64,000 bases of DNA from Selaginella moellendorffii (GCF_000143415.4 NW_003314265.1:634405-698404), one strand, 5' to 3'. Shown: positions 37,101-49,439, counted from the first letter of the stretch. The notes: generated from the sequence alone by a model not told the origin. Translations and numbers: made by a program.

Positions 37101-39689
37101 GCTTCCCTGCAAGTTCACGCCCTCGTGAACGGAAGCTGAGAGCCGCAACTCTCCCGAGAGCCCCACTCTCTTGACACCCTACCCCTCGGGTCGAGCCCAG
37201 CGGGAGCAAACTGGACCAGCCAGATGTCAATCAACATGTGGTGTGATTCCCCTAGCCAACCAACAGAGTCGGACTCGAGACCCCTCTGATACCAAATGTA
37301 AGCTCCTGAGTTTGGACTTCCCGGGAGGTCACCCAACCCAGTACTATTCAAACCCAAGGACGCTTAACTCCAACTATCCCAAGACCCTTAACCGATTGGA
37401 AAAAGGGGTGCACTCTTGTTCATGGGCCCTTTCCCTCTATATTTGAACCCCATGGATCGTCTCTCGAGTTGTTCCCTTTGGTTGCTTATAGATCAGCAAT
37501 ATGAGGAAGAGGGTAGACATTAGAGATTGTCACTTCGTTAACGGACGATAGTTGATGTAGAAATGAATACTCTCATTAGGCTTTGTCACAAGATGAGGTT
37601 CACATACCCAAGGACTCTATGACTTTCGAATAACACCCTTTTCCAAGATCTCCTTAATATTTACACGTAAAATTTTGATCTCTTTGGGTGACTGACGACG
37701 AATAAGAATCTTGATTGGACAAGCATCCCCAATTGAAATCAGATGACGTGTGGCATTCTTGGCCCCAGATGATAGATCAAATTCAAAAGGATCGGCATAC
37801 TCCTTCATGAGTTAGTCAACACAAAGACTGTAGGAATTGGAAAAAGGAAGAGTGGAACAAGACAAAAATGCTAGAGGAAGTAATGGGGAGACAAAAGTAA
37901 TGGAAACAAAGGTAGAAGCAAAAAAATAAAGAGGTACGGAAGTAAAAGGAATGGATGAAATATAAGGAAGTATAAGATGAAAGGGAGAAGCATCAAAGTC
38001 ATATTTGGCATGATTGCATTACAACTAATCCATACCAAAGATGAGGTCAAAAGCTTAACTTGGCACCACCCACAATGACTAAAAATCAAGTTTGAGATCG
38101 CCCACATGCATAACTAGGTCTACCTCATCCCGTGCATATACATGTATATTGCCATTGCCATAAAGAATGAAAACTGGCTCTGCCACACAACACAAATATA
38201 AATGGCAACATATGGGAATAGGTTGAGCAATAGAAGATAAAATCAAACCTATATCAACCAACACAGAGAGAATAATAGGAAATTGTTTGTTATAGAAACG
38301 AATTTGGAAAGTAAATACTAAATGAACTGATGCCAAATGAACCTCTTAATGATACTCTTGAAAAAAAGATGGAGGGGTTACTAACTTATTCATGCAAGGT
38401 CCCTCTGTTACTCATGCAACTCTTTGTTTCCCAAATGCATCTCAGTGTCCAGATCTTCCACTGCAATAGCACCAATAGGACGTTGACACCAAAGTCTCCA
38501 CCCAGAAAATGGAGTTCGGAAAACGCCGACAATGTTGATAAGTGTGACCAACTTTGTCACATGGCTAGCAATGAACATCACGGCCATAACCACGTTCTTG
38601 CCCTTGTCCTTGAACTCAAGTATTAGCAACATCAACCTCCATTGGAATAAGACCATCTTGCACAAGAAGTGGAACTGAAAGATGTGCAGCGAAAAGTGGA
38701 AGAAGCAATGTTTCATAACGTTGTGCCAAATGAAGGGCATTGTCAAGGGTGGTTGGAGCAAGTGCATGCACAAGTCTTACAAGATCTTGACGAAGTGCTA
38801 GCCACAATATTCTCAACTTGATCCGCTTTGACATATTTAGCTCCACACATAGTAAAACGCTTTGAAAACGAATGCCAAATTGCATCACCAACTCTGATGG
38901 CCCTTGACAAAAATGGTGCAATTGTTGGAAGGCATTATCACAATTGTCAGCATGTCCAAATGTGCATTTGAAGATATTCGGGAATCCCCACGAGTGGCTA
39001 CACTCAAACCATTGTACAAATGTAGTGCTGTCCCTTGAAGACACGTGGGAAACTCATGCAAATGTCAAACATCATCCCAAAAATGATATATAGCAATCAC
39101 TATGAAGTGATCGAACCAATGGTACACGTCATCCCTAGGATTCCCACGAAAGAACTCCGGTCGAATGCGAGGATTGGCACCAAAAAAGTAGAAGGAGCTA
39201 TACCATGTGGCATGAACACCACCATCAACTGAATTTGGTTATTCAATTGCAATCACATAACATCAAACAATTGAACCAATTGCTGCTCTACAATCAAAGG
39301 AGGAGAAGACTGCTGCTTTGCTATAAAGATGAATGAAAAGGAAAGAGCAAAAATAGAAAAATAAGAAAAAGCTAGAAGGAAAAGGACATTTAGACAATGC
39401 AAAAGCTAGATTTGAACTAAAATCCTGAAAGGAAAGAACAAAAGAAAAGAAATGGAAAAAATTAAATCTAGATGATGCAAAATTTAGATTTAAATAAAAA
39501 TTCCAAATATAAGCACTCTTCAGGGATGAGTGTATACAATATGAAAAGGGAATATAAAAAATGTGCATATCAATAAACATAAAAGCCATAATTTATATAT
39601 AGGAGTGAGTGGTCCAGATTGAAACCAATCTAATGACTACGATACTAATATTAGTATACAGTATTGTAGCTGTACACTTGGACCTTACA
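34171..39689 (-). mobile_element. Ty3/gypsy LTR retrotransposon, older decayed copy A
   Basis: LTRs 34171-34346 and about 39527-39689 (PBS end deleted). TSD GAAT/AAAT. Fragmented gag, PR, RT, RH and INT homologous to copy B. Confidence 0.9.
36898..37490 (-). mobile_element. Cassandra-type TRIM (5S-rRNA-derived LTRs) inserted in the RT of copy A
   Basis: 194-bp LTRs 36898-37091 and 37297-37490; 205-bp internal domain; PBS TGGTATCAGAG; 5-bp TSD GATCA. The LTR minus strand AGTTAAGCGTCCTTGGG..TAGTACTGGGTTGGGTGACCTCCCGGGAAGTCC matches the plant 5S rRNA internal promoter region. Confidence 0.92.
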
Positions 39690-39921
39690 AAATGATATTT
39701 CGATTAATTCCTATTGTGAGTGCATGGAATATAGAAAGGGAATACAGAAATGTGCATATCAATTAGCCCAAAAACCCTAGCTTATATACAAAAGTGAGTG
39801 GTCCGGATTGAAACTATTCCGACGGCTACCAAAATCCCACTACGCTAATATTAGTATACGGCATCGTAGCCGTACACTTGGCCCTCACATCATCCCCTCC
39901 TCTCGGAATAATGGAAGGCCG

Positions 39922-42900
39922 TCAGGGTTCTCTTGTAGATGGGCCGAGATCTGGAGGAACATCAGGAGGAGGCATCGGTGGATCTGTAGACGGTATTAAC
40001 TGCTCCTGATCCCTTTGTATGAAGCGTTTTAACCGCTACACATGCACAATCTCCGGAGGATCGGCCTGCTGAATGTCATGCCGAACCTCATAAACTTATG
40101 GTCCAACTTGCCGCAACACCCGATACGGTCCTTTCCACTGCACAAAGAGCCCCTTAGATAAACCACGTACCGTAAGATGGGGAAAACGGACTAACACCAA
40201 ATCATCCACTTTGTATTCTGCAGGTGGACGATGGTGGGAATTGTAGTGCCGTTGTTGTCCCACTTGTACGCGGCCAAAGTGTTCAGCAGACTCTGCTCGG
40301 ACAAGTGGAAGAATGCTTGTCAAATATTGATCCCATGACCTAGCATCAGGAGCTCGTGGCAATCGCGAAGGTAAACCCAACTCTGTTGGTAATATTGGAT
40401 CATGACCATATAGAAGTTTATATGGTGAAGCACCAACAGAACTCTGCACCCCTGTGACATAGGCATACCGAAGAGACGGCAAATAACCATCCTAATCCGA
40501 ATGCTGAAAGTTCACATACTTCGCAATCATCCCTTTGAATGTCCGAACGAGCCGTTCCACTAGACCGTCTGATTATGGATGATAAGCACTCATAAAAGTG
40601 TGGCGTATCCCCAACCGAGATGTTAAAACATGAAATACCTCAGCCATAAATGCAGGACCATTATCCGAAAGAATCCGCTCTGGACAAGAATGCTGGAACA
40701 CCACTCGATTGAGGAGGAAGTATCCAACAGCAGTTGCAGAGGCACTAGCAAGAGCACCAACTTCCACCCAACGAGTCAAGTAGTCAGAAGCAATAATAAC
40801 ATACTCATTGCCAGCAGTCAATCGTGGAAAAGGTCCCATAAGATCAAACACCACCAACTCAAACGGACGAGAAACTGCAATTGACTCCAACCGTCCTTCC
40901 GCAGCACAAGGGGGAGTATTACGAGCTTAGCACCAAACGCAGTTACGCACATACCGGATAATATCACGTCGCATCTCTGGCCAATAGAAAGATCTGCGCA
41001 GCTTCTCGGTGACATGACGGTGTCCTATATGACCACCTAGAACAGGAGAATCATGGTAGGCATGGAGAAACCGCGAAATAAACACCAAAGGCACCACCAG
41101 CCGTAAATGACCATCAGGGTCCGTCCCCACAAAATAAAGAAGGCCATCTTCAAGGCGATATTGAGAATGTAAATGCCAAAAAGGCAAGTCATCAGCAAGT
41201 GATGCAAGATTCTCAAACCCATCTCGAAGCCTTCGAATCCACGGCTCAATCTTTTGAGCCTCGCGAACCTCATTAAGAGAAGGTAGATCTTGCTCTGCGC
41301 CCTGTGGACACTGAACGTCAAGGATAGCAACTGTCGACGGCACAGAATCCTCATCTAGAAAATCCACAAATGCTGGAACAACAGGTTTGTCAAAAACATG
41401 AGAAGTGAGTGGAGAAGGAAGAGGAGCTCGAGAAAGGGCATCAGCATCAGCCATAGAACTCCCTGGGCGATGAACAACATCGAAATCATATATCTGAAGC
41501 TTCAAAGCCCATCGAGCCGTACGACCAACCAGGTTCTTCCGCTTCAATAATGAAGTAACAGCAGCATGGTCACCTTCAAGTAACGTCCGAGAACCATGTA
41601 GATATGCATGAAGTTTCTCGAAACCCCAGACTGCTGCTAAACACTCCTTCTCCGTCGTGGAGTAATTCATCTCCGCTGGTTGTAATGTACGGCTTATGTA
41701 TGCAATGGGATGGCATTGACCAGGTACACTCGAGCTCTCTTGCATCAACACACCTCCAAGACCAATGTCAGAAGCATCCACGCGCAAAATAAAAGGCCGA
41801 GTGTAGTCAGGATATGCCAAAACCGGAGGAGTCGTCAATAGCTCTTTGAGATTCACGAACGCCCGCTCACAATCCGGAAACCAGATGAAAGATGACGTTG
41901 ATGACTTCAGCAACGCTCGCAATGGTGTAGTGTGATCGGAAAGATGATCCACAAAACGACCAAGATACTGCACCTTACCCAAAAAGCGCTGCACATCATT
42001 CACACACTTCGGAGTAGGGAACTTTAGAACGGCTACAAGTTTGTCAGGATCAACTTGCAAACCCTCACGAGAAATACGGTACCCAAGATAAGTTGTGTCC
42101 TTGGACCCAAACACGCACTTTGACCACTTCAGCTTTAAACCAACGTTGCGTAGCCGATCCAACACTTTACAAACATCACGAACGTGCTCCTCCCACGTCC
42201 CCTCTGAGTGGATCAAGACATCATCAATGAAGTCAGCCGTCACCTCCGGCATATCGCAAAGAACCTCGTCCATCATCCGCTGAAAAGTTGCTGGAGCATT
42301 GTTCAAACCAAACGGCATCACCAAGAACTTGTACAGACCAAATGGTGTACGAAAAGCAGTCTTAGGAATATCTTCTTCGGCCATCGGTACTTGCCAATAC
42401 CCAGAAGCAAGATCTAGCTTGGTGAACCAACGACTTCGCCCCAGAGGATCCAAGAGATCAGCAGTGTGAGGAAGAGGGTACACGTCCGGGATCGTCACTT
42501 CATTTAACGGACGATAGTCGATGCAGAAACGAATACTACCATCAGGCTTCGTCACAAGATGAGGTTCACATGCCCAAGGACTCCGCGACTTCTGAATAAC
42601 ACCCTTCTCCAACATCTCCTTGATGTTTGCACGTAAAATCTTGATCTCCTTGGGTGACCGACGACGAACAGAAACCTTGATTGGACGAGCATCCCCGGTT
42701 GGAATCGGATGACGTGTGGCAATCTTGGCCCCAGACGATAGGTCAAATTCAAAAAGATCAGAATACTCCTTCATGAGCCGGTCAACCGCTGCAACACAAA
42801 GATCATCGGAGGGATCGGGAAAGGGAAGAGCAGAACAAGATGGAAGCACAAGAGGAAACAGTGGGGGAACAAAAGTAATGGAAGCAGAGGTAGAAGTAGA

Positions 42901-43410
42901 GGGACGAAGAAGTACGGAAGTGAGAGGAATGGATGAAACATAAGGAAGTATGAGACAAGGGGGAGAAGCCTCAAAGTCACACTTGGCATGATTGCGCTGC
43001 AACCAATCCATACCAAGAATGAGGTCAAAAGCTTGACTCAACACCACCCGCAACGACTGCAACTCAAGCTCGAGATCGCCCACACGCACAACCAGGTCTG
43101 CCTCATCTCGTGCACATGCATGTGTACGGCCGTTGCCATAAAGAATGAAAACTGGATCCGCCGCACGACGCAAGTGTAGACGACAACGTGTGGCAACAGA
43201 TCGAGCAATAGAAGATAAACTCGAACCTGTATCAACCAACACGGAGAGAAGAATCGGAGACCTCTTGTTATAAAAACGAACTTGGAAAGTAAACACTAGA
43301 TGAACCGGTGCCGAGTGAACCCCTTGATGATACTCTCGAAAGAAAGATGGAGGGGTCACTAACTTATTCGCACAAGGTCCCTCCATTACTCGCGCGACTC
43401 CTCGTTTCCC
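39922..43410 (-). pseudogene. pol: pol of copy B (protease-RT-RNaseH-integrase with GPY/F motif), four in-frame nonsense codons in integrase
   Basis: Motifs VDTGSS, LDLASGYWQ, FIDDVLIHS, VDASDIGLG, HHCC (H..GH..CVWC), SDNGPAF and KGPYRV. Confidence 0.9.
43347..43410 (-). promoter_or_regulatory. -1 programmed ribosomal frameshift signal (G GGA AAC + 6-nt spacer + H-type pseudoknot)
   Basis: Slippery heptamer in the gag frame just before the gag stop, with pol in the -1 frame. Stem 1 UCGCGCGAG/CUUGUGCGA; stem 2 AUGGAGGG/CCCUCCAU. Confidence 0.8.
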
Positions 43411-44267
43411 GAATGCACCTCGGTATCCAAACCTTCCACCACAGCAACACCAATGGGACGTTGCTGATGCCAAGGTCTCCACCCAGGAAATGGAGGTCGC
43501 CAATCCGGAAAGCGCTGACAACGCCGATAAGTATGACCAACTTCATCACACGCCCAGCAACGAACATCACGGCCACGACCACGTCCTCGCCCTTGTCCTT
43601 GGACTCAAGTAGCAGCAGCATCAACTTCCATGGGAACAGGACCATCACTCATAGGAAGTGGGGCTGAAAGACGTGTAGCAAGAAGTGGAAGAGGCGACGT
43701 CTCATAACGTTGTGCCAAGCGAAGAGCATCGTCAAGAGTGGCAGGAGCAAGTGCATGCACAAGTCCGACAAGATCTTGACGAAGTGCTGGCCACAACATT
43801 CCTAGCTTGATTCGCTCCGACATATTTGACTCCGCATAAAGCAAAAGACTTCGGAAACGAACGCCAAATTGCATCACCGACTTAGATGGCCCTTGGCAAA
43901 GATGATGCAATTGTTGGAAGGCATCATCACAATCATTGGCGTGTCCGAAGGCGCGTTTGAAGACGTCCGGAAGAACACTCCAATCGCCACGAGTGGCTGC
44001 GCTCAATCCATTGTACCACTGCAATGCTGTCCCTTGGAGACATGTGGGGAACTCACGCAAACATTGAGCATCATCCCAAGAATGATATGTGGCAATCACC
44101 GTGAAGTGATCGAACCAATGGTACACATCATCCCCAGGACTCCCACGAAAGAACTCCGGCCAAACGCAAGGATTGGCACCAAGAGCAGGAGGAGTTGTAC
44201 CATGTGCCGTGAACGCCGCTATCAACTGAGTTTGGTTGTTCAATTGCAAGCGCATAACATCAAGCAA
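43386..44267 (-). CDS. gag: gag of copy B with CCHC zinc knuckle, in-frame TGA at 43605-43607
   Basis: Retrotransposon gag core (WFDHF..ALQWY..PMEVD). After the TGA the frame continues to CWACDEVGHTYRRC and stops at TAA 43386. Confidence 0.85.
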
Positions 44268-45137
44268 TTAAACTAACTGCTGCTCTAGAGTCAAAGGAGG
44301 AGATTGCAGATCAGCTATGAAGATAAATGAAAAAGAAAGAGCAAAAGAAGATAAATGACAAAGAGCTGGAAAGAAATGGTAGATCTAGACAATGCAAAAA
44401 GCTAGATCTAAACCAAAATCCCAAATCCAAGCACTCCCCAGGGACAATCAAAGGTGCCCCTCACCTCCACCAATGTGAGTGCATGGAATATGGAAAGGGA
44501 ATACAGAAATGTGTATATCAATTAGCCCAAAAACCCTAACTTATATACAGGAGTGAGTGGTCCGGATTGAAACCAATCCGATGGCTACCAAAATCCCACT
44601 ACGCTAATATTAGTATACAGCATCATAGCCGTACACTTGGCCCTCACACTATTTTTAAAAAATTTTTTATTAATATATTTTAAAAATATAATCATTGTAT
44701 TATTTGCACCATTGATATTTAATGCTATTAATGCTCAACCAAGCTCTGTGATTTCTTGAGTATGATAGAGGAAGAACGACAAAAAATAGACACGCAAGCA
44801 ATTGCCATTCAGAAGAGTGAAGGACTGCAACCACACTTGCCATTCAGAAGAGCAAAGGACTGCAACCGCAACCATAGTGAATCTAGGAATTGGATGCTGA
44901 ACACTGGGCGCTGTGAGACAGAAATGAACTGTTGTATATTGGAGAATAAAACCATTAACAGATAAACAAAAAACCAATTAAGAAGACTCTTGCTTTATTA
45001 CCAAACAATGCACCAATATGATCAATATATAGGAGTATATCAAAAGGTTCATCATCAATAAGTTATCCGGGGTGGGGGGGTATGAAGAGCAAAACTTGGT
45101 CCTTTCTTTCGTCTCGCCATAAAAGAATCCTTTGCCC

Positions 45138-46536
45138 TCAGGCGGAGGGAAGTGGTAGCGGCGTGGTTAGCTGCTCGGGAGCTTTCGAAACTCCTCCAGA
45201 GGTCGGCCTGGAATAGAGATTTGAGATTTCCCCACAAGAGAGAGCGAGAAACTTACAGTCCAACGAAGACTTTGAAGGCGTCGTAGATTCCCCACTGTGC
45301 TCCAGTGAGTGTTCCAATCATCACGATACGCAGCGGTAGCCCCCGGGTGAAGAGAGCCACCGGGCCCATGCTCTTGACGGCCTGGAGCAAAAGATAACGA
45401 AATAAGCGCAAGAACAAGAAGAAAACAAGGATACATACTTGGCCAATGGTTGCGTCCTTGGTATTGTTGAGGAACGAGACAAGGTTGTCAGCAGGGTGCG
45501 AGACGATAGCGCAAAAAATTCCAGCAATGTAACCGCCACCAAAACTAACACCCAGCTGCTCCACCTTGCTACACTCGTCCTTGGGCTTGGGAATAACGTA
45601 CTTGTAAAGCGCCTCGACCGTGGCCTCAAAGCATGCAAACTTCATCATCGTGTCTGCCAGAAACGAGAATTTGTCACAAACAAGTCAGCAAAAACCATTT
45701 CTTTCGTCGTGTTTGCGTTCGAGAGTTGGATAGCTTACATGGAATTTGGCGTCCCCAGAGAGGCACCAGTCCTCTGTAAAGTCTGAGCACAGAAATAGCT
45801 AGTGTTAAAAAGGAACAGAGAAGAAAAAGGACAAGAACATACCCAGGAACGCCCTCAGCCCTCGTGATTTTTGGCAGGCCATCGAGAAGCCCATTAGCGA
45901 ATCCGGGCTTGGTTTGGACCCGGACCTTGACGGCCTCCATCGGGCACAGCGCAATATCGGCGAAGAACTCGGCCGAGGCAGATCCGGCCAAGTAAATGAA
46001 AGTCTTGTACTTGTACGCATTCTCCTCTCCGGCCAAGTCCGAGTAGTACTTTTTGAAGAACTCGTAGAGGCCAAACTTGAAAGCTCCCTGCGCACTGTAT
46101 CCGAACAGCGTCGGAACCCATCCCTTGAACAAACCTTTGGGGCCAGCCTCCTTGTACAAAACCCCAAATCCACTGCCGATAGATCTATACTTGGCGGGAT
46201 CGATCTGAGCAAAGAATCCATTCATCAGCCACACGCTTTAAACAAGAAACCCGAGCTTACCTGCATATTACACTTGACCATGTCCAAGGGCGTCACGGCC
46301 GTGTGAGTGAGGCCGCAGCTAAGAATCCCCCCGACAGTGCACGCCGCGTAGAATTCCGGCGAGTACATCGCGATCTTTTTCGACTCGTCTGGGGATGGGA
46401 TGAGAAACCTGGAAGATTGGAGAGCGCCGCCGCCGCCGCCATTGATCGCTGGCGCCGGAGCTGGCGCCTTGAATCCCTTGCTCTTGTAGAGGAACGATGG
46501 CAGCGCACTGGACCGACGACAGTCTTCCAGCGCCAT
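45138..46536 (-). CDS. Mitochondrial phosphate carrier (PHT3/MPT), canonical copy 2
   Basis: Same six-exon structure as copy 1; canonical LSCGLTHTAVTPLD and SASAEFFADIALCPMEAVKVR. Confidence 0.95.
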
Positions 46537-46659
46537 TGTGTTCCTCTCGCTCAGCTCAACCCCTGGAGAAAATAGCTAGGGTAAAGGGGTTTATTTGACC
46601 CCCTTTTCTCGCATGGACGGCCCAGATCTTCCTGTTTTCGCAGATTCGAATATACAAGG

Positions 46660-47460
46660 AGTGTCTGAAATTTGCTCGCTGGAGAATTACGGAGTGAAAT
46701 GTCCACCAGAATTTCCAATCGTCGTTGCTTATCGCCGTCCGATTTCTTTTCGTCGCCGGTTTTGGAATCTTACCTTGACTCCCACACGGCTCACAATGTT
46801 TCTCTAGAACTTTAGAACGTTCTCCCAGTAATTCATAGAAGCTGGATGTGAAGAGAAATATAGTAGGGAGTGGAAGCAAGCTCTTGAAACCTCAGAAATG
46901 CAGGCCGAGCATCTTACACATCTAGAACACAAAGGACATGAAATGACCTGAAAAAAAAAAAAGAAAGATAGAAAGAGTCAAAACTCTTGCGAGCACGAAA
47001 AGATAGTCAAAATTTCTGTTCTAGAGGAGAGATTCGAAGCTACGGGGAAGACTTGCGAGGAGAGAAAAGAATGTTTGAGCTTTGCTTACTTGCAGGATCT
47101 GATCGCTTTCACTTTTCTCTTTGGGCTTCATGTGCTTCGTCACCATGTTTACGTCCTTGACCATGATCCGGCTCCATTTGCTTTGCCTTTGTCTGCCGAA
47201 GAGAGGCGGACGTACATTCTTCTTCTCCTTGACCTTCTTGAGCTCCGTATACAAGTAGAAGCTTTGATCAGGAAAAGTTCCTGCTAGAAAGAAGAGAGCA
47301 GCGCTTACCGTCGTTATGATCGTGCATGGTCTGGATACAGCCTTCCACCCTGGAGCACATTTCCACAAGAAAAAATTCTCAGCTTCTCGAAGAACGATCT
47401 CCAAAACATGAAATTCCCATCCAGGCCGTGAGATCAAAGCACAACACAGCGCCATCGCGC
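46660..47460 (-). pseudogene. Partial duplicated, deleted copy of plastid RPL24 (lacks exon 1; internal deletions; retains introns and 3' UTR)
   Basis: [30 protein letters not shown], with intron and 3' UTR sequence matching 48380-49265. Confidence 0.85.
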
Positions 47461-47477
47461 TCAGGCGGAAAAGGTTA

Positions 47478-47559
47478 CGTGGATGGCAGGATTCGAACCT
47501 GCGCGGGCAGAGCCCACATGATTTCGAGTCATGCCCGATAACCACTCCGGCACATCCAC
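47478..47559 (-). tRNA. tRNA-Ser (anticodon CGA)
   Basis: GTGGATG acceptor stem, anticodon arm CATGA-CT CGA AA-TCATG, long variable arm, GGTTCGAATCC T-arm, upstream CAA and downstream TTTT. Confidence 0.95.
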
Positions 47560-47850
47560 ATTGTCCAAGCACCACAGTCCGCTTTAGACCGGAACTTACG
47601 CGCAACATCTCTTTTGAGGCAACCTATAGATTGGGTTTCCAGAGTATTCGCGTCATCGGGAAGTTTCAACGGCAGCGATTGTCGATCTCTCGATTGAGAT
47701 AAGCTTTTTCCTGTTGCTCCACTCTTCTTTGGAGGTGGTTTTGTCTCTGTTTTCTCGTAAATCTCACCTGGTCGTAAATCTTTGCAGGTCTGTACCACCA
47801 CAGCTAAGATCACGTACTCAACATCTAGAAGCAGCGGTCATTAACGTCAA

Positions 47851-48261
47851 ATGAATCATTGCAAAGATGAAAAGGTATGGTTCCTCATTTTTCTTGTCCA
47901 TAGTTCGTGATGGATGATTTCCTTCTTTCCTTCGATGATTAGATTATGAGTTCCTCGTTTGTGTCTCGCGGCAGGATCAGCTGGAGCGGATCAACAGCCT
48001 CACAGTGAAGGAGTCTCTTCAAGGAAGTCGGTGAGAAGGAGAGAGTTTTTCTCCTTCGTTTCATACTTTTGACGATCAAAATCCTGTTTTTCGTTTGGTT
48101 GCTTCAAGGACGCTGGAGACTCGATCCGGAGCTCATGAGATCAACTCCGTCCAAGGCTTTCCCCCTGGAGGATCAAGCTCACAGAAGTCATGTAAGTCGG
48201 AAAGTTCCATGAAGATCTCCCTGAAAGAGTTTTGCCTTTCGCAGTTACATGGCAGAGCTGA
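47851..48261 (+). CDS. Putative 4-exon, 59-aa orphan peptide (or spliced lncRNA)
   Basis: Exons 47851-47874, 47975-48030, 48109-48191 and 48245-48261 splice via GT-AG into an open frame MNHCKDEKDQLERINSLTVKESLQGSRTLE..FTWQS*. Confidence 0.35.
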
Positions 48262-48412
48262 GGAGAAACATCGATTCATCGCGTTCGTATAATTGGGAAA
48301 AACCCATCGCTATGGCTGTTAACCACATTTAATTAATCAAAGCCTTGGATTACGATGTGTGCTTGTTCCCTGGAAAGTTACGGACTGAAATGTCCAGCAG
48401 ATTTTCCAATCG

Positions 48413-49368
48413 TCATTGCTTATCGCCGTCGGATTTCTTTTGCTCGCCGGCTTTGGAATCCTTCTCTTTGTCTTTGTCCTTGTCCCGGAAGCGGAGTTTC
48501 TTCCAGCGCTCAATAGAATCAATGACCTCCCCGGTTTTGATCAAGTAGCGAACTTTAGTTCCATCCTCGAGGACCTTGTGTCCCACACGGCTCACAACCT
48601 CGGCACTGATGGAATAGAGCTGGACGTTGGAGCTGTGTATTGGAGCTTCCACCTGAACAAAAAAAAAGAAAAAGAAAAAAAAGGGGTCAAAACTCTTGCG
48701 AGCAAGGAAAGATAAAAAGAGTCAAGTTCTTGCAGCAAAGTTTCAATTCTAGAGGAGAGATTCGAAGCTGTGAGGAGAGAAACGTTTGATCTTTGCTTAC
48801 TTGAAGGATCTGGCCACTTTCGCCCTTCTCTTTGGGCTTCATATGCTTCGTCACCATGTTTACGTCCTTGACGATGATCCGGCTCCATTTGCGGTAGAGC
48901 TTCGTGACTTCTCCAACTTTGCCTTTGTCACTTCCGGAGATCACCTTCACTGTGTCGCCCAGGCGGACGTGCATTTTCTTCTTCTCCTTGAGCTTCTTAA
49001 GCTCCCATTTTCTTATCTGTATACAAGTAGAAGCTTTGATCAGCTAGAAAGAAGAAAACATTGCTGCGAGAGCAGAGCTTACCGTCATTGTGATCGTGCA
49101 TGGTCTGGATGCCAGCCTTCCACCCTGGAGGACATTTCCACAAGAAAAAATCTCAGCTTCCCGAGCTCGATGCGATGAGAACGATCTCCAAAACATGAAA
49201 TTCCCATCCAGGCCGTGAGACATTCTCGCGACAACAATGCAAAGCACAACACACCGCCACCGCGCAATCCATGAGCAAAATCTGGACCAACACACACGGA
49301 ATCACGCGCAATGCGGCCAGAAACTCACCGCCGGAGAGACTTGCAGCGGCGCCAATCGCCGATTCCAT
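48413..49368 (-). CDS. RPL24: Plastid 50S ribosomal protein L24 with transit peptide
   Basis: [23 protein letters not shown] (KOW motif) and [35 protein letters not shown]. Confidence 0.93.
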
Positions 49369-49439
49369 CCCGAGCTCGACGAGAATCCGAGCGAGAGCCC
49401 CGCCATGGAGCTGGCGAGCGACGCCATGCTCGTCGTCGT

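Larger units (their letters stand above)
39715..44648 (-). mobile_element. Ty3/gypsy LTR retrotransposon, near-complete copy B
   Basis: 175-bp LTRs 39715-39889 and 44474-44648 (about 10 mismatches by eye). 4-bp TSD CTAT. PBS TGGTGGAGGTGAGGGG (tRNA-Ala-like). PPT GAGAGGAGGGGATGA. Confidence 0.95.

Noticed and set aside
47478-47559. tRNA-Sec or tRNA-derived SINE
   Set aside because: Anticodon CGA with a normal 7-bp acceptor stem, no tail and no TSD; an ordinary tRNA-Ser.
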